A stretch of 64,000 nucleotides of DNA from Octopus bimaculoides (taxonomy: Eukaryota). The stretch's first letter is position 1, and each line of letters starts with the position of its first letter. Shown piece by piece: positions 39,933 to 53,611 of this stretch. The notes beneath the pieces are model-generated. The model was given only the letters and a program-made list of their open reading frames with translations, made no database searches and was not told the origin of the DNA. Both the position numbers and the translations under genes were made by a program. The stretch lies in assembly GCF_001194135.2 (NCBI RefSeq), contig NC_068992.1:5631743-5695742 (forward strand), in the 5' to 3' direction.

Positions 39933-42254
39933 ATGTGTGTATGTGTGAGTGTGTGTGTGTGTGTGTGTATGTGTGTGGTGTGTATGTGTGTGTGTGTGTG
40001 TGTCTTACACATTCAGTGTTTACTTCAGAAGTAGCAGTTACAGGGCAGTCAGACTTTGGGTCCACTGCAGCACACCTGCCGAGTAGCTGAACTACTTCAC
40101 TGGTAAAAATTTTCTGAAAGCGATGTTTATTTCCCCATGAAAGACAGAAGTTCTCGAGTATGATCCACAAGAGTATCCTGGGATCCGTCCATCGTGTGGA
40201 AAATCACACTGAGCAGCACTACTACGGTTCCTGCGTCCTTGCACCTTTTGGAATCCGACTTGGAAGTGCCTTTTAAGGAAGCGGATGGTTAACCTTCTCT
40301 GATTCGATCTTGATCTCAATAATGGTGTTAAAACGACTTTTGGGCAACATTGTCATCTTGGGAGAAGAGATGGGAAGTCCGCAGGTGATACATCTCTTGA
40401 AGAGGGCGGGTGCGGATGCGATTCGATGTTGTATATATTCGTTTTCTATCTGTTTTATGAATACTTCTAGAACTTCTTTCGGCATACATCTTGTCTGCTT
40501 TACTTTATGCTGCATAAAATGTTGCCTAACAACTTTACTCCCATCATTTTTAGTTTATTCATCCAAATACACTATCAGATATTATATCATTAATATTTAA
40601 TTTCGGATTTTAGCCTCGCGATATTTTCAAACTTGCCATATTTTAATGCCATATAACTATATGCAAATAAAATGTTCATTCCTGCCGCAAATATTACTGC
40701 ATAGTTAAGAATAACGATGCGAAAAATACCAGTTCTAGTTGGTGTTATATCTAATTCCAATATACCCATGGAATAATTCTGTCCCTTTTTTATATACAAG
40801 CAGGTTCAAGAAAACATGCATATCTAAATACGAAAATATATTTGTATGTGAAAAACCATGCGATCGAGTAGCTCTTTCTTTAAGATTACACAATACTAAA
40901 TATCGATTTTTATATTATGGTCCTCTCAGTTCTGCAAATTTGCTCCTCAAATGAATGGTGTGAATAGTATATGTACGAAACAGTAATGACGAATGTAATC
41001 TGTAGGATAGAATACATTTTTGAAGTCAATCTCTGTTGTCGCGCCAACAAACACACGACATATAGGATGTACGTATGATACAATTTCGGAGATGCCTAAT
41101 TCCTATAAAGATTGCAATTAAACGCCATACACCTCTATTGCATTGTTTTATATCTGCATTTTTCATTGAAGGATACAATTACATTTCATCAATTCTTTCG
41201 GCTATTTTGATTATCTTCTGTTTTGTTTTTTTGTTTTTCTTTTCTTCTGTTTTTGTTTATTCAATCACTGCTTTTTCTTGTGAATTTCTAGAAGTATGAT
41301 CTTTAACTCCATGTTCTTCAGTTATTAATTCTTTTTTTTTTCTTTTCAATCTTTTATTCTCAATAGAATTCATTTTTCGTTGTAACACCAGCGACGCTAG
41401 GGATATTTTCAAGATTCCTTTTTCCTATGATTTTTAGTTGCTTTATGTCTATTATTTTCTTTTTCTTATAATGTATTAGAATTATATTCACCGTCGTTTC
41501 CCTGATTCCATATAACACGTACATGTCCTTTTCCCAGGACAGAAAAAAGCTAGTGCTAAACACTATTTTTAATAACCATTAATTGCTAAAATGTAAGATG
41601 GGAACTAGATGAATATTAGTGCACTGAGTACCCTACACATTATTTTATATTCTTTTTATAGCGTTACTCTAATAAAAGGCTTGCAATAAAACCAGCCGTA
41701 TTATTTGTGCAGTTTCTTTGGGAAGAGCAGGAGAATTCGTATTTTGAAAAGGGAAGTAAATCGCTAACGCAATAAACAATCCTTGACACGATACTTTCTA
41801 AATTGAATCGGTTCAAGAGCTATCTTCGTTTGAATTTATTGATTCCTTTCCAATTAATTCTATAAGGTTACATGCAGCAAAATAGAATTTAGATGGTGTC
41901 TTTTGAAGGAGTACGCTGAGTGACATCGTCAAGAAGCGCGATGTGTTATCTTCTAAACAAACAATAACTGATTTCCTATAATTTTGCTGTTCAGTTCAGA
42001 ATCGAAGTGATGGCAATAATCCAGAAGGTTTCGAATTTTTTCACTCAGTTGTTGGCATAAATTCGTGTGTGTAGCAGACGGAAGCGACATAGATCTAATG
42101 ATATAATAGGCGGAAGGAAGAGATATAGACTACGAAATGATGACTATCAAATACGAGACACAGACAAAGCGGGAGGATAAGACATTTGAACAAGTATATA
42201 TTCCATGAGAATGATGTAGAAGTGGTAAGATGAGTGAACGTTTTTCATCATTTG

Positions 42255-42710
42255 GGACTGTAAACTCATCCATAAACAGAAAAGGGTTCACTGATGGGCC
42301 TTTCTTCCCACATCGGTAACCCATGTTAACTTTCCTAAGTTTCGTTGTTATGGCATTACTGAAATTACATATAGCAACGGAGAAAACGAGTCACCTTGGA
42401 AGATTCTCTTTTTAATATTAACTTCTCCAAGGAATACAGTAAAAATTTGGTTTTCCACTCTTTCATGCTATGTATCAGAATATTTGTGATGCTTTCAGCA
42501 ACACCAAACATCTGCAGGCATTCAACGATCCAAGAATAAGGTATCATATCATATGCCTTCTTAAATTCAATTCAAGCCATAGACATGTTTGTATGATGTT
42601 TTTTACAATACCACAAAATTGTTTAATCGATGACCAGGTGAGCCTTGCTATTCTGAGAACGCTTCTTACATCCTTTTTGTTCCCTTGGTATTTCTTGTGC
42701 CAGGAAAGTA
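42255..42710 (-). mobile_element. Decayed R4/Dong-clade reverse transcriptase fragment
   Basis: PREQKGCKKRSQNSKAHLVID*..NMSMA*IEFKKAYDMIPYSWIVECLQMFG, then GEVNIKKRIFQGDSFSPLLYVI and NPFLFMDE. This matches the R4-type EQKGC…WIDYKKAYDMVPHSW…RGIFQGDSLSPLLF…NHLLFMDD order. Confidence 0.92.
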
Positions 42711-43864
42711 TATGTCTTTACAACACATATTCCAGTGCATATGCGTGTGTGAGTTCGGGTGTATATGTGTACGTGCGTTGTAAATATATCTGGACAAAGG
42801 CACCCTTCTCTATAGAAATGACGCATCAATGTCACAGTTTGTGGTTTGACCATCCGATCATATTTGATTTATTTCTAATGCGTTCATGGCCATCACATTC
42901 TAGCAGTGGCGATAAAAACTTATATTTTCATTTATTGTTTGTGCTTATCATTTAAGATGTTTTCTTTCTCTTAAGCAATTACATCACTTCGTACAACGGA
43001 TATGTAGACCTATGGCAATTCTTTATGTGACAATTTTATACACTGGCTCTAAAGAAACTGAGTTATAAAGCATTAGACATTACGTACGTTATTTAAGACT
43101 TTTGCAGGAAATGTACCTAAGCTAATGAATAAGTTAAGTAACGTCTTTATTTCCTTCTTCGTTATGGCGCTAGAGCACCATAAGTTGTTGCCGTTTTTCA
43201 GTGCATACGGAATCAATATATTTATGTATACTGGTTACTACGTCACTTCAACCAGAGAGATATTTAAAGCTGCAAATATATTGAGTTCTAACGAACTACC
43301 ATATATCTTGGCATAGCACTGCAGAATATTTTAAATATGTATATATACATATATGAGTGTGTTTTTGTGTGTGTGTGTATGTAAAACATGGTAGCTTCTC
43401 TCAACCATTCTGATGCATACGTTTCCAGATGCACAATATATTACCGAATGTTTGAATCAACATTGACATATCCAACCAACATTATATTTACAACGCTATA
43501 ATCAACACACATCATAAAGATTTCGGAGCTCAATGAGCGTAAGCTTGCTATGAATTTTAGGCTTGTTCTCATTTTCGTTACCTTATCTACACTTGATGGT
43601 AGAAAACCATGCATTGCAACATAATCTTCCCCATAATTTGCATTCCTCTGTCATTTTCCAAAAGGCATTATTCGTATATTTGAATTAGAGATATTCAGTT
43701 TCAATCGTGCATTTTGAGAACTTACAAATTCTTCGCAGCATTCTCACGTATTCAAGTATTCGGTCAATTTAAACATAATTTCGATATGAAATAAAAATCA
43801 ATAACAGTTGCGTTACATTTATTTAAAATATCTGCTTCATTCACAGACTTTATACATGTTGTTG

Positions 43865-44259
<395 letters not shown>

Positions 44260-46399
44260 CAATGCAGAGAGGTAATATTTATTTCCACTAAAACGTGGTT
44301 GTTCTGTTAGAAAAACTAGATTGTGATGGCTGTTTTGAGAGAAACTCAGACATTGGGATTTGGTGCAAATTGCACTCTTATTTATTTGGCTAGCGGGGAG
44401 ATATACCACCATCACTTCGAACACCGAGACCATTTAATCACGAGATTTCGACCGTTCTTGACGGACACTTGACGGTGAGCGATAGCAGCGACTTATCCTC
44501 CCGACGGTAATACATAGAATGCCAGAACAGGTGCTGGTGTCGCGATTAGCCAATGAGCTTGTTAAAAATATTTATTAGCATCAGAAGCTGTATTAATACC
44601 GAAAAGTAATATTTATTCCCAAGTTTTAGTAATATTTATTCCCACCAGAAATTATTACTAAAGTTTGCCTGTGATTTTCATTATACATCCCAAAATACAC
44701 GACTGGGTCAATATGTTTCGTACATAAGACGAATATGAAAAAGATAAATAACATAGACAACATTATTTCAAAGGAAACAGTTTCTTCCATTTCTATTTTT
44801 CCCATAGTAATATTTTACTTTGTAACAATGAAGTTGTGTATATGTGTATATGTGTGTGTTTATGTGTATGTTCTGTGCGCGTGTGTGTGTTCGTATCTGT
44901 GTGTGTGTTAGCGCGTTTCGAGAAATTTCGTTCGCTGATTTAATATGCTTCTTCCATAATCTACTACCTGGTCAAACCTTCATTCTATTACTATCTTAAT
45001 ACTATAAGGAGAATCATGTCTATTTCTAAGCAATTTCGCAATTGAATTGCCACTACCATGAATTACTGTTTTCGTGTTTAATCTTATTTTTTATTCTTTT
45101 TTTTTTTAACTTGAAAAGGAGCAGGAGATCAATATCAAATCTGAATTGACATTTATCCAATGTAAAATACTCCACATCTATTTATTTCATCGTTTTCTTC
45201 AATTCAATCTTTTTCCCCTATGGTTTAAAGCCACAAGCACTTTCAAATCATACAATATTAACAAAATATGCCAGACTTACACATTTTTAGTCTCATTTCT
45301 AAATGTCTTTTTGTTCTTTTGTGCACACATTTTATTGTGTATTCATGTAGGGAAATTATTCTTTATTCTCTGAGCGTTTAGTCGAATAGAAATAGAATTT
45401 TGTGTAGTTAATATTTCTTTCTAGAAACACATTACTTGAAATTCCTGATTTACACTTGTAAATGACGGCAATCTTTTCCTTTGTTTATCTTAATTAATGG
45501 AACAAGTTAATAAAAAAGTATGAAGTGGAAAAACAAGATGCACAAATATAAATAATATTCAAATATTTGAAAAATATTTGCAGATAAATATTGCAGTCTA
45601 AAAATGAATTTAATAAATAAATAGAATACGAATATATAACTAATATTTACATGTTTGTGTTGGTAAGTATTTCTTTGATAGACACACCACTACATTTCTC
45701 AGGTATATGTGATGGTGGTGGGTTTGGGATAAGGAAAATGCAGTCCTGTATTTGAATATCATTTTACACACCCCACTCCCCTAGCTGGAAAATTAAAAGT
45801 TAGCAAATATATAACACTAGATAAAAATAAGGTTGCTAATACAAAACCCTTATTTTTATATCCATGTCACTTACCATATAATTCAGTTTCTCAGTAAATG
45901 AGTTCAAGGTTTACATTTTCAACAGATTCTAATGCATGATATAAAATCAATGGCTTATACAAAATCTGAAATAAAAAGTGCAAATACCCTTTTTTTTTTG
46001 ATAGTCAAACTGCTCGCGTTAGTGAGTACTTATAATATTAGTATATATAAAATTTATAACTTAAATAAGTTATGTAACATACATAATGAGAAAGGATTGC
46101 CTTTGGCGTTCGGAGATAATAGCTTATATCTTGATAGGTGTAGTTAATTTTTGAGTATTATTCATATATCCAATTAATGCATTAACTGAATCATATCTTC
46201 CTGTTTACTATATCTCAGTTGGAGAATGTAAACATTTACGGAGAGGTTAAAGCATGTCAGTAGAAGCAAGCCATACAATATAAAAATTTGATTAGTTCAA
46301 CCATGGAAGACATCAAACTAACTCAGAAAATAGCCGGAATTAAACAAGCGGGTACGAAATCATAAATGTTTATCAATCTCTTTCGAAGGTTACAGTGTC

Positions 46400-46680
46400 A
46401 TTTTTTAACGAACCATCTTACCACTCTTATAACATTTAATATTTTTAACCAGAGAGTTACTCTTACAATGTTACCCATAACATAGATTCGGTCATGACAT
46501 TTTTTCTCTCTTATCATATCCGTAACAGGTCGACAAGCACGAATATGAGAGCAATCTTTTCCTTCAGTTTTTTGTGTGTCATGTTTTCGATCTATTATCC
46601 TCTGGCGTTCTTCATCATCTTTTTTGACCAAATTTCAACGGTTCCACATTACAGCGGACCCATTTTCGCAAACGTTCCCA
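46400..46680 (-). mobile_element. Possible RTE-type LINE 3' ORF remnant
   Basis: NGSAVMW..KKDDEERQRIIDRK..HIRA..VTDMIREKK weakly recalls the YGSETW..LxxFERKMLR..NExIR tail. Weak. Confidence 0.3.
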
Positions 46681-47924
46681 TGGTCTTTATCTTTGAATAG
46701 CGATTACTGCCAACTAATACTTCAATATGATTATTAGTATGTTGACATTGAAGCACACTATAGCGACATCTAGACTGGAAAATTATTATCATTTGAAAAA
46801 ATAAAAAGTGCGTGAACAATTAAATTTTCATGAGTAAAGAAAGAATAATATTTGGAATATTAAAGTCATTGCAATAAAAGCTTATATCTGAAATAGTGAA
46901 CGTTAATCTTTCAGAAAACAAAATAATTTTAGCTCATTTGTAGTCTGTTTTCATAACAATAAATCTCTATTCTAGATGTTCACTGAAGGAAGGGATCGGT
47001 ATGCAATTTAGTCCAAGTTGAATAAACACCATAAACATGTCATGTTTGTGTATTGTGTAATAAACTGAAACATATCATTTACCGTCGTGACTTCGAAATG
47101 TAGACTGTAAACAATTTGTTGAAGAATAAATTGAAATGAAAAAATAAATACACGTTGAAATATTAACCGAAATAAATATATGTTGAAAAATATGCGACGT
47201 CTTTAAGATAGATATTTTTATGAATAACTTAAATAAATGCTATGTCGCTGTATAATAATAAGCGACGATAAAAACGTCTGTATTGAAGAATGCATTGAAA
47301 TAAAACTTTTGTTAAAGAATAAATTGGAATAATGTTTGTGTTGCTGAATAATAAAAATAAATAAACACATCCAAAACTAAACTGATTTTTTTTTTTCTTG
47401 AAATATGTATTTGGTAATTATTTGCACAATAGTTAATGCAACGGATAAACTATAAACTACATTACTGTATTTAGGTGCGTCTCATTATTTTGATGTTCAA
47501 ATTCAATCGGAGTCAAATTTTCCCTTTATTTTTCTGCATTAGATAAAATAGATACCTGATATGTATTGAAATGTATTTCCTTAATTGGTGTCTACTATAG
47601 AAATTATCTTTCTGCTAATAAAACTCGGACAGAACACTCTTCATCATTAGCACAAATGCATAAATTTTCTCTACAAGAAAAAGCTTGTGTGAAAAGGAAA
47701 GCAACGTGAAGAATAAAGTAAACGTTCTGTTCAAAAATAAACTACAATGAAACTCAAAGTTTTGAAGTAAATTCTGCTCAAAAGCATGTGTAACTGCGAG
47801 GGTGACATGTGAAAGAAATACCTGTGATCTGCACCGATCGCAAAATATTGATTTCTGCAGAAGCTTGTGGCCACAGAAAAGAGATGTCAGATATGTCAAC
47901 TGAAAATATTTTTGATTTCTTCAG

Positions 47925-47971
47925 CGGCCTTTATGACTGAAGAGATTTTTAGTGATTTGGATGCTGCCAAG
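47925..47971 (+). CDS. Candidate exon (47 nt, phase 1/0): xAFMTEEIFSDLDAAK
   Basis: Acceptor aatatttttgatttcttcAG, donor AAG|GTAACA, open frame, phase-compatible with 52539-52643. Confidence 0.55.
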
Positions 47972-48623
47972 GTAACAGTTCAAAATGATCGAGACAAAAA
48001 AAATAATCTTTTTGCTTTTAAGTCTTGTATTTTGGGGGCATAGTGTTGTAGAATATTGACAGCGCCGGTGACTCTATTTCATTTCCTATGTTCATCTGAT
48101 TCTTCTAAATAAAGTTCTATCGCGAAGACATCACCTTGAACTCTTCTCTTAATGAACTTTTAGTGCCAAAGGTTAAGATTTCCGTTGCAATCAGAAGTAA
48201 CTCCACATCCCTGAGTGCGTAAATGTAGAGATTTTCATATTTCAAGGAACTTCAATTTTATATTTATGAACGACGGATATATATTTTTGGCTACAGTGTT
48301 GTTTCTATTGCAAGGCAGTATTTTTCGGTGATTCTACTCCGCACTATATACACTATTTTTATTGCTCCTGTAAATGATACTGTGTTATTGCTACTGATTT
48401 TTTGCCGTGCATATGACTAAAGTATTGTGGTCGGTTTCTGTCTTTTTTTGCCGCTGATATCAAGCAACTGACAAGCAAATCTGTAATCTTGAGAATATTT
48501 GTTGTAGCCCATCTTTTACAAAAAGATGAAATATGTTCATTTTAACACCTCCAATCAGTCAGGATCAGAAGTCATATGAGTCCCTGCCTGGTACTGCATC
48601 AGCTAATTCATTATTATTATTCA

Positions 48624-48668
<45 letters not shown>

Positions 48669-48670
<2 letters not shown>

Positions 48671-48830
48671 ACGGTGAGGTGGCAGAATCTTTAGCACGCC
48701 AGGTGTATGCTTAGCATTATTCATCCTTTCGTGGTCGATAAATTAGGTACCAGTTGCGTACTTTTGCCGATGTAATCGACTGGCCCCTCCCTCAAAATTT
48801 CAGGCCTTGTGCCTATAGTGGAATGGATTA
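48669..48830 (+). mobile_element. tRNA-type SINE with internal deletion, embedded in (ATT)n/(TAG)n microsatellites
   Basis: A-box-like tggcagaatctttagcacgcc, central domain and 3' tail are present. The B-box segment present in the 14083 copy is missing. Confidence 0.88.
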
Positions 48831-48840
48831 TTATTATTAT

Positions 48841-48901
<61 letters not shown>

Positions 48902-51900
48902 TTTGTTGTTGTAGCTCCAGTAGCCGCAGCAGCAACCTGCTAATCAGAACATTCATATATTACTGTACAAGAATTTACCAAAAGCCGAAATTTCAATTTT
49001 GTGTGTTTTCTTGAAAGAAAGCGATATATTTTTAGATAAAGACTGTTGCATTTGTCACAAATGTATTCAATCCTTTGGGGCAGGTTTTAAATTGATTGAA
49101 TTAATGTTTATACAAGAGCTTAATAGTCCCGTGGCGATCATTGATTTTAACTTAACGTTCGCATAATGATATAATCGTACAACCAATTTAATTATTAATA
49201 TACTTTCCGGACTAAAATGTCTATAGAATATTTCTAAAATACAATTCTTTTCAGAATCAATGATATTAGAACATTCGCTGCTTTGTTAACCTATATGAGG
49301 GATGCATGGAAAGTGTTGAGCCTTCAAGGTCTTGGAGCCTTGAAGTCTTGTCCCATGTTCTACTTTTTTGAGGCTCATGCCTTTTGATACACACTTCGTA
49401 CTTTCTGATTAGGAAAAACATAACAAAGATTAGGCAGTTTATGATAAGTATATAGTTGTTGATGTTTGAATATTAGGATACTAGGTCCTGTAAAATGTTT
49501 GTCCACAAAATATAAACAAGCGCGGCGGACAGTATAAAAATGTTGTAACATTTTAGTATTTCACGTATAAAACGACAGAATATACTTAGAAATTAATGGG
49601 GAACATTTCTGCTACAATATATGTATGAGAGGCTTTAGTAAAATCGAGGAAAGGACTCTAGTGACCTTAATATGGAGAATGCAAAAATTAAGATTTATAA
49701 CAGAGTCCTTTGCCAGGGAAACAGAGAGAAATTAATGAAAAGACAGCAGAGTTTTAATCAGCTAAATGAGCACAACTGGCTGCAGAGTATAGGGTTGGAG
49801 AACCGTGAGAGTTTCAGAAAGTGTTGGGAGACACAAACAAAATAGGGAAAGGTAAAGAAGAAACGAATGAGGAAGTGGAGTGCTCCTTAATTTTGGGAAA
49901 CAGGCCTAAGTGGTCTCGAATGCATTTGGGAGCAAATCGAATTCAAGTATACAAGTCATTCTATCACTGAATAGTTTTCAACATCTTACCCTTCTCACCC
50001 CAAATTAGCCCGGAGACTGGAGGAACAGTGTTTCACGATGGAACCATGTTGATGAAAGTTTTCAGTTAATGTGCTTCTTTCCAGCCATATATTCTTAGTT
50101 AGTTCATTAAGACATTTAGAGTACTTTAACTCCACGCTCAAACCGAATTTTCCGTTCGCGCGTCTCACATCGGCTGCTTACTCTACTCATTCTATCCTTC
50201 ATTACGTCTTATCTCCCACACTCCTGTCTTTCACAACTTCTGTTCATGTATTAGACAGCTGCTTTCCTGTATTCCTTATCAGTTACAGACAATTATTGTA
50301 AAGTAAAAGACGTAAAACCCGACTGTTTCTCATTAATTTCTCTTCTATCAACTGAATAACAATTCCGTCCTACACGATGGATTTTGCTCCAGACATGGCA
50401 AATACGCCATGTTTTTTTTTTAAATCCAATTTATCATGTAATACAAGTGCTCCTGGCACAAACCAACACTTCTAGATAGACAATTTGGGATCTATCTGTA
50501 TACATACATACTTACAATACACAAACACACATACACACAAACGCACACAAACACACACACACACACACACTCACATATAAATATATTAGATAACGGACAT
50601 TAAAACAGTTAGCAATTCAAAACTTAGAATTTAAAATTAATTAGCATCAGGGTATTTTATATTATATTCTTATAATGCAATATATTAAGAAATAAATATT
50701 AAATATAAATCACATACAAATGTTTCAATTCTTGACCATTATAATATTATAAAAATTCATTGGTGTTTTTACGAAGAATATCCTAAGTGTAATTTCATAT
50801 GCATTTTATGATTCACGAGCCAATAAGACTGAATTTAAATCTATTTGTTTACAAGCGTGAGCGCTATGAATTTATAAACGAAAACATGGATAAAAATAAA
50901 ACATCGATAGCTATAAAAGGCAGAATGTGTGTGTGTGTGTATGTGAGTGTGTGTGTATGTGTGTGTGTGTACGTGAATGTACTTTATGCATGTCTACAAA
51001 TTAGCAGGCATGTGGCTGCAATTTTATGAGGACATTGGTCACGACGATGGATGTGCTTTTGTCAAATTAGTTTTCCCAAGGCACCTCCGGATAACAGTAA
51101 AAATAGCTTTTCAACCATAACGTTTACCAATTTTCACGTCGGTGAAAAGCGTAAGTTTCCTAGCATGAGTTAAGTCCCCTGTGTTATAGATTAATTCACC
51201 CTACTACTACAGTGCCTCCGAAAGAAATAATTAGATTTGGACTACCTAAGCAATCTCAGCGTAGGAAAAGAGAACGAGCTGAAGAGACTGGCTATCAGCA
51301 GACCCATTAGTAACATATTGAAAGTTTTGGGCTGAAACCTGGCAATAAGAGCTTGCGGATATTCCACTGCAAAACATTCAATAATATCTAGCAGTAACTT
51401 TCATAAATCAGGGTATAATTTTTGAAGACACTTTCTGCACCCAGTCAACGACGGGTATTTCTGCTAGTAAACAATAAAATGGACTTAAAATATATGTGCA
51501 TGCTATTAAGAATGCTACTCTCAATATATTTTAGTGTATTCGTCTTTTTTTTTTTATATACAAGGAACCAAAAATCTATTCAAAAAAGACCATTGCTAAA
51601 TAAGAGATATCGCTTTCCTTTTTTCAAATGAAAATACATGTTTTTTATAATAATACGCTATTTATCTATTGGTAAGTAACAGAATAATATATTTAGAATA
51701 CTATATAATCTCTAGTCGAACAGTAAGTAATATTACAAACTAGATTACATTGATTATTTATAATAACCGTTACTAAAAATTAAAAATTAATCTTAAAAAT
51801 TATGTAGTTTATATAAGAAAGAATCTTGCTAAAAATGATATACTAACAATATCATAATGACAATATTACAGTAGAAATTAAATAAATGCTGAATTAAACA

Positions 51901-52538
51901 GTAATCCAAAACAAATTATAACATAAGGGCTTCGTAATGTCATTTTGATAATTATACTTTCACATACTAAAAGACTTCTCAATTAAACTTCAGGTTACTT
52001 AGTTTTTTAGAGGAGCACTATATCGTGATGTATTACGGAATAATAAAAGGGACATATTTTACAAAAGTAATTTACAAAGTATTTCTGTAATATGGTGTAC
52101 AATAAATATTATTTATGCAAGAAAACATTTAATCTAAACTTATTTTTATATATAAATAAATGAAAAAAAATCTTATTTGCAGGGATTTCAATTTAAAGTT
52201 ATACGTTAATAATCCAATACTTAGACAACATAATACTACAAATATTTAGAGTAGCTTCTCACGATAAAATCTAATATAAATTACTATTATTACATTGAAG
52301 ATGATTCAATATAGAATAACATAACTTTAAACATTTCTAGAAATTCCAATATTGTTATTATAAGCACTCTTTTCCTATATTAAAATTAATGTTAAAATTA
52401 CTTATTTTGTTAGAGAAATATAATATATTGTAATTCATAGAATATACACACACACAGACAGAGAACTCAAAACACACACACACACACACACACACATACA
52501 CACGTATNNNNNNNNNNGAGATGGATTTTTCATTTAAG

Positions 52539-52643
52539 GAACACGATCAGCTAAGAGGAATTGAGGTACTAACCAGAATTAGAAATCATGATCCAGCTGT
52601 ATCTGTTACCTTATTCTACGGCGTTATATATATATATGACGAG
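52539..52643 (+). CDS. Candidate exon (105 nt, phase 0/0): EHDQLRGIEVLTRIRNHDPAVSVTLFYGVIYIYDE
   Basis: Acceptor tttttcatttaAG and strong donor GAG|GTAAGC. The frame is open from the gap edge (52518) to the donor. Confidence 0.55.
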
Positions 52644-52901
52644 GTAAGCTGTATTAGTTTCATTATTTTATGAGGAAAGTAACGTTTTGAGCATCTCTGA
52701 TATTTGATCCATATTAAAAGTAGGGGAGTGAGAAAAAAAATCACTTACTGAGTAAAAGGGAATGGAGGAATAGTGGTTAGGAACCACGTGTTAATGATGT
52801 TCTATGATCGGTTTTGTGATGAAGAAGTGACGTGAGTTGTTTCAGGATGGGTGTGGGTGGGTGTAGAAATGTGCAAGTAGCTGTTTTGTATCGTAAGTCA
52901 G

Positions 52902-52994
52902 CTGGATACTGAGGTACTAGCCTGTATGTCAAGAGAGCCGATTCGTGTGAGGGATACAAGAGACAGCAACGTTGACATCAAAATTTTGATACAG
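52902..52994 (+). CDS. Candidate exon (93 nt, phase 0/0): LDTEVLACMSREPIRVRDTRDSNVDIKILIQ
   Basis: Acceptor ...gtaagtcAG (alternative at 52880), donor CAG|GTATTT, 31 open codons, joins in frame after 52643. Confidence 0.55.
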
Positions 52995-53578
52995 GTATTT
53001 CCATGTTTTTTGAGTGGGAGATACTTTTGCATGGAAATAATCAATATATAAAGAAAGGTCAACTGTCCAAAGATCTGCGAATATAATATAAAGAACCTAA
53101 TTTAAAAACGTGAATGCATCGAATAATACATGAGTACATCTTTAAAACCCCATTCACTGAATAAATAGTGATGCTGCTCTGTTTTCTTTCAAACGTTAAA
53201 CAAACTTATCCTTTAGCATACAATATTTATTGCGGTAAACATACTACGTGTTCGAACGTTATCCTTTCCTCCCAAGTCTCTATTGATTGTTTTATTTCCG
53301 GGACTATATTTTCCTTCTCTCTTCTTCCATGCGTGTCAAGTGGATGATAACATTTTGTTTCATATGTTGTTTGTTTCGTTTCATATTATTTAAAATCACG
53401 TGTATCCAATATCATTGCTCCAGTGTTGCAGGTTTGTAATTTATGCGTTGTCAAAATGTACATAAAACTTAAGTATTCCTCGTCTAATTTAGTAGGGTTA
53501 AATATTGAAGGAATTTGTCGAAATAAATATACGCTACGTGTTATATTATATTCTTAGTTTCCTCTATTTATCCCACAG

Positions 53579-53611
53579 GCACAAAACGTCATCACTTACT
53601 ATGCTCTGTGA
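53579..53611 (+). CDS. Possible terminal coding exon start: AQNVITYYAL*
   Basis: Strong acceptor tagtttcctctatttatcccacAG. Phase-0 reading stops after 10 codons, but a phase-1 reading is also open, so this is ambiguous. Confidence 0.25.
   Translation, partial: AQNVITYYAL

Noticed and set aside
51210-51310. VPPKEIIRFGLPKQSQRRKRERAEETGYQQ, reminiscent of Helitron N-terminal basic repeats
   Set aside because: Too short and compositionally generic; no Rep or helicase motifs nearby.
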